A stretch of 64,000 nucleotides of DNA from Octopus bimaculoides (GCF_001194135.2 NC_068987.1:106567614-106631613), one strand, 5' to 3'; counted from the stretch's first letter, positions 24,503-37,529 are shown. The notes: a model not told the origin generated them from the letters alone. Numbers and translations: made by a program.

Positions 24503-27500
24503 TTTTGAGTCAAGTTTTCTCTAACCGATTTGATTTATAGACAAAGGTCCTCCAGGCATAACAATCTTTTCTTTTGGTATAGCAGAAGTGCCACTATTCC
24601 ATGTCTCCAATTTTATGACGATAAGATGTAACATGAGTGAGATCTGACTGCAACCTCCAGCAGTTCATGCGACTGCAGAGAAGCTCACTATTCATTTTGA
24701 TGTTCAATGATGAGAACATAAAAAATGCAAGTCTCCGGATTAGAGTAATCAATATTTAATGAGATTCTCTGAAATATGTATCTTTCCTAAAGTCGCTTTT
24801 CCACTTAAGCGCAAGAATGATATAAATAATATCGCGATAAACTAAAATTTTCGAAATATAGATATGATACCAGACTAACAGTCAAAATCGTTGTCATATG
24901 TTATGTACAGAAGGTGAATAAACAACAAAATAAATGTAGAAGAAGTAGCAATACAACTAAGAAAAAAGGAAGCGATTGACAATTACAATTAGTAAAATAC
25001 CTACTATGTTTGAATCTTTTCGCTGATAGTGGAGAACGTTCCGAAATATATTTCGACAATAAAATTTTGGTGTCGTATGAGTATTTAAAATTGCGTTTTC
25101 ATCGAACTCAACATTGAAATTAATTATTTTTACTACAGACAATATGGAGCTTATTCTACTATTCTCTTTTTACATACTTTAAAAATCATACAGATCAATA
25201 GTCTACGCGTATTCTAGCACATTGAATAAATCATTTCTTATTTAATGTGTTTAAAATTAAAATGCTGGAAGTAAATATTCGGTGAATATAAAAAACATAT
25301 ACATTAGTCAATGGCTGAAATTGTTTTTATTTTTCCAGCAAATACAGGAGACAGTATTCAGCATCTGTTGTTCTTTTACTACTCCATCGTAGAGATGTTC
25401 TTCCTATCGTGATTTACTAGAGAATGACGAAGTCGATAATCAAGATATTAGACTAGTTAGTGTAAAGTTACAAAAAGGATTGAAGATTAAGTATTTCAAA
25501 GTAACCTTGAACATGAAAATTATTTTGACGACAAAATATAAAATATAAGATCTATTAAACATTTATTTGTATCTTCTGATATGAATAAGCATTCATGAAT
25601 AGCTAATATCAGGTTTAATCTGCGTAGCAAAGTGCCGAACACAGCAATGGGATAGTTTTGGTCTTATGTTCTCTTCAATAACTAAAGTAACAAGATACAA
25701 GTCGATAGCGTTTCACCGAACAACAGTCGGAGTCTTCTAATGAAATTCAAATACAGGGAAGGATTAGTAAAGGCATGGGACATCTTACTGTCTCACCAAG
25801 CTTAGTACTGGATAGGTACTTTTTCATCGATTCGGAAAGGGTGGGTGGTTAATTCTATCATGGCGGTATTTGAATTCATCCTTTAGAAAGTTAGAACTAG
25901 TACCACGTCATATTCCATTCGAAACATGTGCACGCCTGTTAAGTTGATTTGAGTAGACTAATGGAATATTTGTTACTCTTTATTATTGTTACTCTTCATC
26001 TTAGAGTCAATGTCCGCAGCATACTGACTCGTCTTTAACTTCAATCATTTGTTCGAACTTTCGACACGATTTTGCAGAAGTACAATTTGTTTTCCCGCAC
26101 AAGTTCCTATAGAAAATAATGATCTCATCCAAGGATTTTTTCTTCTACTTAGCTATACAGTACCGTGAGATAATCCCATATCCTCTGCAAAATCTAACTA
26201 CAATGCTACTGAATATAGCAATTATTTCAAATTGTATATATCTCTATTGAGATGAATGACTGAGTGTCACTAAAACCGAAATCAGTGATGACCCAATAGA
26301 CAAATGTATTCCTATCTATGTAGGTACGCATGCGTATGTGTGCACCAGGGTGTATTGACATGTAGCTGCGCTGATCGAAATATTAGAGCATCGAACGCAA
26401 GAAATATATTTTTGATTTCCTCTTACGACGTTGATTTAGTCAATATTATCGGCGAAATCCTCCAAAACGGTCAGGGAAATGGGATAATAAATATTGCTGT
26501 GGCCATTATTGTTCAGATTTTGTCCCACCAACAATGAGTGAGCTGACCTATGGTCAAGAAAATTCCATTCATGGCCAGTCCAGCCATAACCATTCCCACT
26601 TTTTGAATTATGCAGAAAATGCAGGCCATGTTATCCTACATGTCCTATTTCAAGACGGTTTACATTTGAAAACTTTTCAGCTGCTATTTCTTACAGTTGG
26701 AGCATCCCCCGTTCGCCCTTACACGTTGTATTAATGTAAGATGCAGCTTTGCTTCCTGTGTGCGAGGGTAAGCGAAGCGAAATATGAATGTTTTGCTTAC
26801 TCATCGCCTCACCGTATTCACTCTGTAAGTAATAGCTCTGATAGTGATAGCAGTTACCAGGTTCACTCGGTTACGACACATTATACTGAGACAATGTCTT
26901 CAATGCTTACAAAATAAAGGGAAATTCGACGACATCTTTTCTTTCTTTGCTTTTTTTAGTTTTGCAAATCTAATTTTCTTATGTAGATATCATTTCGAAT
27001 CTCTGTGTTATAATGATATAGTCTCTAAGAAATAGCCCAAGGGAACGAGGAAGAAATCTCTTCACCAGACATTCTGGGGTTAAATTAATAATACTTTCTA
27101 ATACTGGCACCAGAAGCTAGAAATTTCGAGATATGAGATAGTCGAATTTATGTTCTTCCACCAGGGGTGCATATTCTAGGTGTATTAAGTTAGCATCTCT
27201 CACACGCCAACGATGGTAAATTTTCTTTAAAATAATTTCATTATTGCAGTATCGTGTTATGCTCTAGTTGTAATTTGTTTTCCAATCTAACAATACACAC
27301 AAACACAAAGTTTAAGTCAGGTTGAATTCGTACTATAGAGAAATAGCCTAAAGTTTATGAGTGTATACTGATATCAGCGTAGTAGGTTCAATATTGTATA
27401 ACCCCCTGAGAACCATACACCACAGCTTTTTAATCACGGTATCTTTTTCGATACTGTACTGAATATCGTGTACTCCTCGAACGGTTTCAGTAGTATATAA

Positions 27501-27658
27501 CTTCTTTTATGTCTACGAGGTGAGTTTGTTCATAGACACTCAGTGAATTCTTGTCTATTGTTGGACATATGACAGTGAATTCCCCATCCCCTCGGCTCTT
27601 CTCACAGCGCAGTATAACTGATTTCGAGAAAGAGAGTGAGAGCAAAAGAGCACGCGTG

Positions 27659-27810
<152 letters not shown>

Positions 27811-29129
27811 GTGTCTCCATTATATTTCTTATTTTATGTATTGATGACGCAAGCAAAAATGGAAATTTCATTTCGCTTGGAGGTTGGACATAGGGAGCAA
27901 ACAGTAGGAATCTAACCTCAGAAATAATACCATCACTTTGCCAACCACAAGATAACGGAAGAAGTATTGAATGCACTCGTGAGAGAATTTAACTATCGAT
28001 GGCTTAGTTCTTATTGTAAATAAGGAACTATGAATAATTACGCCTTACCGCGATTAACTTCTGGTGCGCTAAAATATATTCCATCCTAAATCTTCCTTTG
28101 GGTTACAGGTAACGATTCTATAATATTGACGAGAGGTCGATTAACCTGCAGTTTTTAGTAATTGTTGCTGCTGAGTTCAAAGTATACAATGCCATAAATT
28201 CGGAGATTCTACTGGCAGTTTCAAAAGACAGATTGAAAACACGAGATAAAGACAGTCGTATTATGACTCCGGCCTGATGGAATTGACGTCGATTTACTGT
28301 TTGATGATTTACAGAATACATCACAGCCAGACAGTTAACTCTTCAGAAGATGTTTCGATAACAATAATTGACAATTTCCCGCATATTGTAATTATAGTTT
28401 TTAATTCCGTCAAAAAAATTTAGCAAAAAGATATATTTACTTATTTACAAGACTTGCCAAGGTAATGAGATTTAAAATTACTTACATCAAGAAATGTAAT
28501 TAGCTGCCAGAAAATTGCAGGTTATCTTCGATTTTTATATATTTTTCTCTCTCATATATTTCCTATTTGACTTAGGTAATGATTTACATACATCGCTATA
28601 ATGCTGTCTGTGGTAGATTGGCTGTTAAAGATATTCTGAATGTCTACGGTAATGTGAGTGTAGTATCGATCTATTATAGTATCTTGAAGTTTTCCTTCAT
28701 TCTGGAGTATTTCTTTTTGTAGAGGACACAACTATTACTGTATTCTATAATACTCTTTTGTATTGTCGGTCATTGAGTATTTGGTACAGAAACAAGATTT
28801 GTTAGTATTTGGACACTAAAAAAAAATCAAGATTTGTGTATATTGTAGATCGCCGATATAAAATGTACAATGTTTGATATAAAACAGAATATTTTGTAAA
28901 TTTAAGATTGAATTCCGCATTTTCTAAGACTAAAAGATATACAAGAAATGGTTTGTGATATTTTTCTACGCATGGTGATTATTATTACGCACTGAGGCTA
29001 TATAGTGTTTTGTAGCCAATTTTTGTTACCCAGCATGGAGTAATTTGTACCACGGGGCCGTAACAGTATTTTGTCGTTTTATTGCCACGCAATAGAAAGT
29101 GTTTTGCAAAACATCACGCTATGTAAATA

Positions 29130-29810
29130 TGTATGTATGTATTCTGCTTATAATTATTTAAATTCATCAGTTAATGAATGCTCCATAGAAAGCCCCATTG
29201 TTGAAATGAAAATAACGAAAATACTGTCACATTTTAAACTTGAGAGAAGTCTTGCATATCTTTAATGTTCCACTTACAAATTGTATTTGTAATGTGCGAG
29301 TTGGTTGGTTGATTTCTTGTCCTGAAAATCCAAACTTTTGAAGACTGTCACTGAGACATTTACTCACAACATTAAGTTCCCTAATTGTTATTGGTACAAA
29401 TGTAAATTTCTAATCAGGATATAGAAGCTGGAGGTTTCGATGCGGTTGTCCATAGTTATCCTATTTCTCTTTGATTTTCGAAGAGATATCATCAAGACAG
29501 CTGATCTCTCTGACGATACATATCTTTACTTGTCTGTCCAAACAGCAATATCCGGCCTGTTCTACACACAGTTGACACATCTTTTAATGGGAATGTTCCA
29601 CCAGTATTCCTATTGTTGACGTTTGTGTCCGTATTCGATAACAGCGAGTCTCTTTATTCCAGGACAATCCTCTTCTTGAAAGGCATTGTATATTGTTTCT
29701 TGCAGCCACGTCGTGTCGAACAGTGAGTTAGTACCTCGATGACATATTTAGACAGCTGCTAATCACATGTGGGATGTCTTCCACAGAATTATAGCAAAAG
29801 GTATTGAGTC
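29130..29810 (-). mobile_element. 3' remnant of a second RLE-type non-LTR retrotransposon (zinc knuckle plus PD..D/E nuclease; R4-like)
   Basis: Minus-strand translation with frameshifts: CYNSVEDIPHVISSC...VRHDVAA...EYWWNIPIK...NRPDIAVW/DRQVKICIVREISC...KIKEK*DNYGQ...LQLLYPD*KFTFVP...GTLKICKTSLKFKM*. Stop codon at 29229-29227, followed by a short 3' UTR. Confidence 0.88.
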
Positions 29811-29986
29811 ATCCCATAAATAAGGCGGTCTTTTCAATTGCATGAGTTAAAAGTCGGAGGGAGACGTGATGAACTACCTGCACCAACTTCCTATGAAAGC
29901 AGGTAGTAATTTTGCTTTGCACTTATTCTTAGTGCATGTTTTAAAGAGTGCTGTTCGATTTTAACAGTTAATTTTTTAATGCTATA

Positions 29987-30607
29987 ATCGAAGTGACAAA
30001 GGAGCATATTCGGCATATTTCACTTTATGAGTTCAATAAAGGCAACAACACAACGGAAAATGCGAGGAATATTAGTGCAGAATATGTGATCGGACATATT
30101 CCGAGCTGGAAGCTACAGCCTAGAAGTCGAGCCTCGTCCTGGAAGATCTTTAGAACTCGACGAGAATGTCCTGCAATCCCTGATGGAACAAAATCCCATT
30201 GTAACTGTTTAGGAAGTAACAGGGAAGCTTAAATTGGTCCTTCAGCCATTCATCGACACCGGCGCTAGAAGAAAAACAACAATATTCGGTTTCAAGACGC
30301 CCAGTTTTCTTTCATCAGGATAATGCTCGGCCACATATAGCGGGGATGACATTCCAAACGCTGGAACAGATTGAATGAGAACCAATGACGCCAGCTACCA
30401 TATTCCCCTGATATTGCCCCATCTGGTAATCATTTATTCCACAGTCTTCAAAATCGTTTGGACGGAAAAATTATGAATTCTGTAAACGAAGTACTGGCTG
30501 AGTATTTTTCGTAACAGACAAGTGAATTTTGGAAGAGGGGCCTTGCAAGTCTATCAGTTTGATGGACGAGCATTGTGGAAAATGAGGGAGAGTGTATTTG
30601 AGGTTAA
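29987..30607 (+). mobile_element. Internally deleted mariner transposase remnant
   Basis: EVTKEHIRHISLYEFNKGNN...SLEVEPRPGRSLELDENVLQSLMEQNP...HQDNARPH...PYSPDIAPSGNHLFHSLQN...EFWKRG. HQDNARPH and YSPD(L/I)APS are diagnostic mariner motifs. Confidence 0.92.
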
Positions 30608-30614
30608 CATGAAG

Positions 30615-30790
30615 AGTTACGATGGGATTTTGTTCCATCAGGGATTGCAGGACGTCCTTGTCGATTTCTAAAGATCTTCCAGGATGAGGCTCGTCTTCTA
30701 GACTGTAGTTTCCAGCTCGGGATTTCCGGAACCACCATTGATATTGGCTTACGCTTATTGTCCGATCCCGTATTCTGCACTAATATTTCG
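30615..30790 (-). mobile_element. Inverted fragment of the same mariner family (N-terminal HTH region)
   Basis: Reverse complement reads DRTISVSQYQWWFRKSRAGNYSLEDEPHPGRSLEIDKDVLQSLMEQNPIVT, homologous to 30067-30206. Confidence 0.9.
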
Positions 30791-31598
30791 AAAAATTAAA
30801 CCGTATGAAAAATCGCCTTATTCATTTGCAAGGACCTCTTCTTCGATTGCAAATGCATAGCTTTCGAAAAGTGTGATGAGATGTAGCAGTCACGAGTCCA
30901 AGAGAGTCTTCGCTTCGTGTCAATATTGCTGACTACAAGACTTCGGTAAACAGACAAATGAAATTTTTTATCTTGGTATGCTGAGTTTTGTATATATGAG
31001 AAATGTATGTAGCAGCGATATGTCAAAAGTATTATAAACGTTGCACTCCATGTCAACATTCTGTTGCAGGCTATAACAATACTACAGTTTTCTGTAAATT
31101 ATTAAACATGTTTTGCCTCTGTATCTTGGTGCTGGCTGTCGTAGTAAACCCCACCCATACAGGCACTTAGCAAATATATGAACAACAAAAGAACAATATT
31201 AATGTATCGAGTGATAACTCATTAAATGTCGAGCTATTAGTGTTACACTATTTTGTCAATCATCTATGTTCTGAGTTTTGATATCAATAAATTTGACTTA
31301 GGATGCCATAGCTCCAGGAACCATAATATTCTGATGTGGATTCATTGGAGTTTATGAAATCTGAAAAAAAATGTTTGTAAATATTTGAGACTTATACGAA
31401 ATATACTAAATATCTAGTACGGTTATTGCACAATTATGTTGATTTAGCTACTTGATTTAAAAAAGAAAAAAACAAGAACAAAAGCAAAGATATGGATAGT
31501 TTTCATGCCTACATGTGTACAATATCTAAATCTACATTTATGTATATCCTACTTCAAAAACTTACTGTTGATGGGTACTGAATATATACACGTTTCAG

Positions 31599-31709
31599 GT
31601 GCAGAGATAGGGAAAACTCCACCTCCCTGCTCTGTTATACCTGTAGACCTTGTGGCAACGAGAAGGATTTTTCCAATATCGAATGGGTTATTATTGACAA
31701 AGGCCCTCG
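31599..31709 (+). CDS. Candidate isolated internal exon (111 nt), product unknown, strand ambiguous
   Basis: GTTTCAG|...|GTAAAA with two open frames (CRDRENSTSLLCYTCRPCGNEKDFSNIEWVIIDKGP or AEIGKTPPPCSVIPVDLVATRRIFPISNGLLLTKAL). An open minus frame ending at a perfect GTAAGT donor (31565-31560) also exists. Confidence 0.3.
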
Positions 31710-32099
31710 GTAAAAATCTTGACCTAGCAAACGCCAACTGTGTCAACGTAACAGATATATACACCGCCACCTATAGTATCCACCAACATGACTAATGAAC
31801 GAACATAGTGTTGCCATGTCAAAGTATTTCGAACCATAGGCAACCGAAAATCCAGATATACCTCCTTAAGATTTCATACTCTATAAAACAAAGCACAACA
31901 CTTAACTACACCCATCCGTATAGATTACAGCCCCATCCATGCTGACTGTTCAACCTAATGTACCAAAGTTTAATCCTTCACCCCTAATTTGGTTAATCTT
32001 ACGGAAAGTCTGTCAGCTCTATTTTAGTCCACCGCTAACCCGAAACAACAGGCCTTTTGCCATGTTTAGCAGAAAATGCATCGAACATATATCGAGAAA

Positions 32100-32950
32100 T
32101 AAACAATGAAAAACATTCAGTAAGAGTACTCTAGATTAAAGAATATTTGCCAACATATTATTGTTATTTAGCCCCAAGAAGCATCGTCTCCACCTGGCTG
32201 TCGACACATCTGCGTCCTTATATTTTCGAGCTAGGAAGCTTAGTGTCAGACACAGCTCAGAGCAATATCTGTGTACCAATGATTTCTGGGTAATTTTCCT
32301 TCGTCAGCACAGAATAACAGCTCGGTTAGAGATAGCGACATTAAATTCGTGTTTAAATTATATGCTTTTCAAAGTGACACACCGTTACTGATCTCATAAA
32401 TAGAAAAATATTATTTCTAAATCTCTGAACGGCAAACCTTAAGTAACAATACTGAAGGGTAAAATGTATTTTCTAACATAATGTGGCTGTCCTGATTAGG
32501 ACAAATGTTACACTTATTTAGCCCCACGAAATATCGTCTCAAGCAGGCTATCGGCACAATGTTTGCATCCTTATATTTTCGAACAAGGGAGCTTTGTATT
32601 CCCACACAGCTCAGAGCAATATCTGTGTGCCAATGGTTTCTGCTTTATTTCACTTCATCAGTACAGAATAACTGCTTGGCTAGAGATGGTGACAGCAAAT
32701 CCTTGTACGAAATATATGCTTTTGAAAGTGAGATATTCCCTTTCCTTGGGCTAAATAACAGTAACATTCGTCCTAATCAGGAATGACACATTATGTTGAG
32801 AAATAATCTTTACTCTAGAGTACTGTTACTGAATGTTTCTCGTTCAGAGATTTAGAAATAATGTTTTTCTATGTATGAGATCAGTGAGTGTGTTACTTTG
32901 AAAAGCATATTTTTCGAACACGAATTTTATGGCACCAAATACTGTTCTGT
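32100..32950. repeat. 350-bp tandem repeat (about 2 units) followed by an inverted partial unit
   Basis: TTATTTAGCCCC recurs 350 bp apart (GCCCC at 32171 and 32521). 32746-32930 is the reverse complement of about 32340-32525. Confidence 0.85.
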
Positions 32951-33821
32951 GATATTAAAGATACAACCAGGCAGCCGCTATGCGATCGCACAATATGATG
33001 TAACTTGCAATCAATCATCTCTCACATTGCACAGCTATTACGCACTGACTTATTCTAATCATCTGATTTACAAATGGGCCTCACCCTTGTCAGGCACTTG
33101 CCCTCAAAGACCTCACAAAATCATTAGTTGTCAGGGTACTTAAATCATGAGTAGCCATAAAAATATATACGAATGAGTACTTTTCTATTTCCATGTGTTT
33201 GAAAAATGCTCTTCAGAATTAATCTACACATATCTTATATTCGAAAGGTCAAGATTTTTCTGGATGCTGTAGTTATAATTTATCATTATTCGATGAGAAA
33301 ACGATGAGATGATCATGGCTGGAAGTATTTTGATCTACAATTTACCCAGACAAACTTAAGTTATGAATTAAAGGCACAGAAAAGAAAAAAAAAAGAAAAC
33401 ACTAACAATATCACAAATATATTTGTGATATAAAGTGAACACGAAGCCGGCGAATCGGTGCAGGTTTCTTGGTTCAGACACTGAAATATCATTAGACATT
33501 TTTTTAGCTAATCTATCAATGTCATACACGAAGAACACTTATAGTTTCAACAGTGAAAACTTTTTTTCCTGCGAAAGAAGTTAGGCTGGGCGATTTTTAC
33601 ATCATGTACATGCATCATTGTCATAATTCTCATTTCAGCAAAATGGACTAATTATTATTTGCAATTCCCCCATGCGGCGTTCAACCACCTATGAAAAACA
33701 GCGCTTATATACGTGCACATACGTGTATACACCAATTTACAAGCCGTCTTACATATACATATATATACATACATACGTATATATATATATATATATACAT
33801 ATATATATGTAGGTATGTATG

Positions 33822-33862
<41 letters not shown>

Positions 33863-34783
33863 ATGTTTGCTTGGAAACATGTATATACACATATATACAT
33901 ACATATATTGATACAGACATAGCTACATAGATACATAGACATATAAACGTATACATACATGTATACGTACATACATATATACATAGAAAACAAAAATACA
34001 AACATATATACATACGCATATCGAGTCGTCTAAGTAAGAATATCAATCATATCCATAAAGTGTAACAACACATTTCTAAAGTGATATAACACACACTGAA
34101 TAAACAAATACAGACATTCCAGGCAAACGTTTGGTTTCAATGAAAGAAACGCCGTGAGCTAAAAGGCTGGTCTAGATTCTGCTCCCAAATTTCTCATTCC
34201 TATTCCCTATATGCTCCCCCTCTCGCTTTCTGTGTCTCTATGTCTCTTTATCTCTTTCTCTGTGTGTCTTTCTCTGTATCTCTATCCCTCTCTCACTTTC
34301 TCGCTCACTCTCTCATCCGCATTCTTTCTCCACCTATGAATACACACAGCCATACGCATATCTAGGTAAATGAAATATACATACGTTAACGTGTATATAT
34401 ATGTAGGTATATACGCACGTTTATATACACTTATTTATATACATACATCACATTTGTGTATGTATGTATGTGCATATACACGATGTATATGTGCACATCT
34501 AACTATCTGTATACACAAATGTGTGTGTGTGTGCTTGTATTTCTGTATCAATTGAAAAACAGACAATGAGGTATGTATATATATATATATNNNNNNNNNN
34601 NNNNNNNNNNNNNNNNNNNNNNNNNNNNNNNNNNNNNNNNNNNNNNNNNNNNNNNNNNNNNNNNNNNNNNNNNNNNNNNNNNNNNNNNNNNNNNNNNNNN
34701 NNNNNNNNNNNNNNNNNNNNNNNNNNNNNNNNNNNNNTATAAATATATATATATATAGATAGATAGATAGATAGAGGGAGAGG

Positions 34784-34827
<44 letters not shown>

Positions 34828-35280
34828 GAGAGAGAAAGAGAGAGAGCGAGAGAGAGAGAGAGACAGAGAGAGACAGAGACAGAAGCAGAGAGGCAGAGTG
34901 AGAGACAATGAGAAAATGTATTTGTTTGAGAAAGAAGACAGAGAATAGACTCCTTCATTGACTATGCGAGCTGATACCTAGAAACTAGATCTGCGTTTTG
35001 AGAGATTCTGGCTGTTCTCAAAGCAATAACACATGTCAGACACAAGAAAACAGATAGAAACTTTGACCCCAGAGAATGGTGCTAGAACACTTTGTTTATA
35101 GAATGATATTATATCGTTACACATTTCTCTCTTATGTTTTGTAATAGCAAGCACAACATGTATGGAAGGCAAGACCGGACATAATTTTAAACAGTGTATG
35201 TGCATATACAATATTATAATAAACTGTCGTATGTCCAAATTTGGCCAAATGCAGTTCTTTCAATATTTATTTTTGCTTAA

Positions 35281-36292
35281 GGCGGTTAGTTGGCAGAAAC
35301 GTTAGGACGCCGGGTGAAATGCTTTGCTGGATTTCGTCTGCCGATACGTTCTGAGTTCAAATTCTGCCGAAGTCAACTTAACTTTCATCCTTTCGGAGTC
35401 GATAAATCAAGTGCCAGTTACGCATTGGGGTCGATGTAATCGACTTAATCCCTTTGTCTGTCCCTGTTTGTCTCCTCTATGTTTAGCCCCTTGTGGGTAA
35501 TAGAGAAATAAGAAACGTTAGGACGCTGGGCGAAATGCTTAGCAATATTTCGTGTGCCGTTACGTTCTGAGTTCAAATTCCGCCGAGGTAGACTCTGCCT
35601 TTCATCCATTCAGGGTCGATAACTCACGTACTAGTTACGCACTAGGGTCGATGTAATCGATTTAATCCCTTTGTCGGCCCTTGTTTGTCCCCTCTATGTT
35701 TAGCCCCTTGTGGGCAATAAAAAAAAAAGAAACGTTAGTACGCCGGGTGAAATGCTTAGCGGTATTTGTCTGTCTTACGTTCTGAGTTCAAATTCCACCG
35801 AGGTCGACTTTGCATTTCATCATTTCGAGGTCGATAAATTAAGTACCAGTTGCATACTGAGGTCGATCTAATCGAGNNNNNNNNNNNNNNNNNNNNNNNN
35901 NNNNNNNNNNNNNNNNNNNNNNNNNNNNNNNNNNNNNNNNNNNNNNNNNNNNNNNNNNNNNNNNNNNNNNNNNNNNNNNNNNNNNNNNNNNNNNNNNNNN
36001 NNNNNNNNNNNNNNNNNNNNNNNNNNNNNNNNNNNNNNNNNNNNNNNNNNNNNNNNNNNNNNNNNNNNNNNNNNNNNNNNNNNNNNNNNNNNNNNNNNNN
36101 NNNNNNNNNNNNNNNNNNNNNNNNNNNNNNNNNNCTTACGTTCTGAGTTCAAATTCCACCGAGGTCGACTTTGCATTTCATCATTTCGAGGTCGATAAAT
36201 TAAGTACCAGTTGCATACTGAGGTCGATCTAATCGAGTAGCCCCCTCCCCCAAAATTTCGGTCCTTGTGCCTAGAGTAGAAAAGGATATTTA
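35281..36292 (+). mobile_element. Head-to-tail array of three SINE copies (19216 family), interrupted by an N-gap
   Basis: Copies start at 35281, 35511 and 35729; the last two are truncated at (A)GAAACGTTAG. 35774-35876 is repeated identically after the gap at 36135-36237. Confidence 0.9.
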
Positions 36293-37070
36293 TTCTTGCT
36301 TGCAATAACCTGTTCTTTTGGTCAAACTAGCGTATCTCCAGCTACTTCAGATGCTAAATTATCAAAGTGTAGTACAACGGTTTTCCGAAGGAATGGTGAA
36401 ACTATTGTTTTCGTTTTCTGAGCAGGTAATGCTTTGGACTTACGAAACCTTTGCATAATAGCAACGATATGAAGACTTACATCTCAGAATTACAACTGCA
36501 TATGCATGTGAACATATTATATGCATACTAATATTTATGCATACACATGCACACACGGATACACACATAAATATATATGAAAGTGTATGCATATACATAT
36601 GGACAAATACGTGTATAAAGCTATCTGGATATATATCTCTTACTCTTTCTTTGCCTCTCTTTTGCCTTCTCCATCTCTCTTTGTTTCACTTTCCCTCCCT
36701 AATACTCTACTTGTTCTTTAGTTCTGACATTCTATCTCTCCTCACACCTCCAGTCTTACAAGACATATTCATTTTACACTGCGTTAGCGAATATCTAGCT
36801 TTCTTGCAGCAGCAAGATTTTATTTGTTGTATTTGTATATCTCATTCTGTTGTGTCTTTTTTCCTAAATTTTCTCTGCGTTCGTTAGCTATTCTACTGGC
36901 GCCTCCAAGAGTAAACGATACCAATGTTAAAGGCACGAAATTGTGACGGTCGTTTGGCCGTTGACTGATGAGGAATTTGCTACGAATTTTGTGTTTGTTA
37001 TATTTTCTAAAATTTTCCCTTTGTTGTGCTTTTGTTAATTTTTGTTAATGTTTAACGTCCCGTTTAAGTA

Positions 37071-37104
<34 letters not shown>

Positions 37105-37137
37105 TTGTTAAACAGGACATTAAACATTAAGGTAAGG

Positions 37138-37177
<40 letters not shown>

Positions 37178-37456
37178 NNNNNNNNNNNNNNNNNNNNNNN
37201 NNNNNNNNNNNNNNNNNNNNNNNNNNNNNNNNNNNNNNNNNNNNNNNNNNNNNNNNNNNNNNNNNNNNNNNNNNNNNNNNNNNNNNNNNNNNNNNNNNNN
37301 NNNNNNNNNNNNNNNNNNNNNNNNNNNNNNNNNNNNNNNNNNNNNNNNNNNNNNNNNNNNNNNNNNNNNNNNNNNNNNNNNNNNNNNNNNNNNNNNNNNN
37401 NNNNNNNNNNNNNNNNNNNNNNNNNNNNNNNNNNNNNNNNNNNNNNNNNNNNNNNN

Positions 37457-37529
37457 CGGTCTGGGAATTGAAACCGCGATCCTATGACCGCGAGTCCGCT
37501 GCCCTAACGACTGGGCCATTGCGCCTCTA
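37457..37529 (-). mobile_element. tRNA-like head of the 15828-type SINE running into an N-gap
   Basis: Near-identical to 16140-16212. The adjacent 279-N gap is similar in size to the missing remainder. Confidence 0.85.

Noticed and set aside
26255-26345. Minus-strand VITDFGFS resembling a kinase DFG motif
   Set aside because: No HRD/catalytic loop or APE motif in frame, and stops nearby.
26304-26734. Two adjacent ORFs (77 and 66 aa)
   Set aside because: They overlap an old dispersed repeat found at several other positions, and no protein family is recognisable.
32100-32950. CRISPR-like or other prokaryotic repeat array, here or at 35281-35876
   Set aside because: Units are hundreds of bp, diverged, and lack unique spacers; the context is clearly a eukaryotic repeat landscape.
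36935-36995. GACGGTC-GTTT-GGCCGTT hairpin next to CTGATGAGG
   Set aside because: The following GAA is not GAAA and the helices do not form any hammerhead topology.
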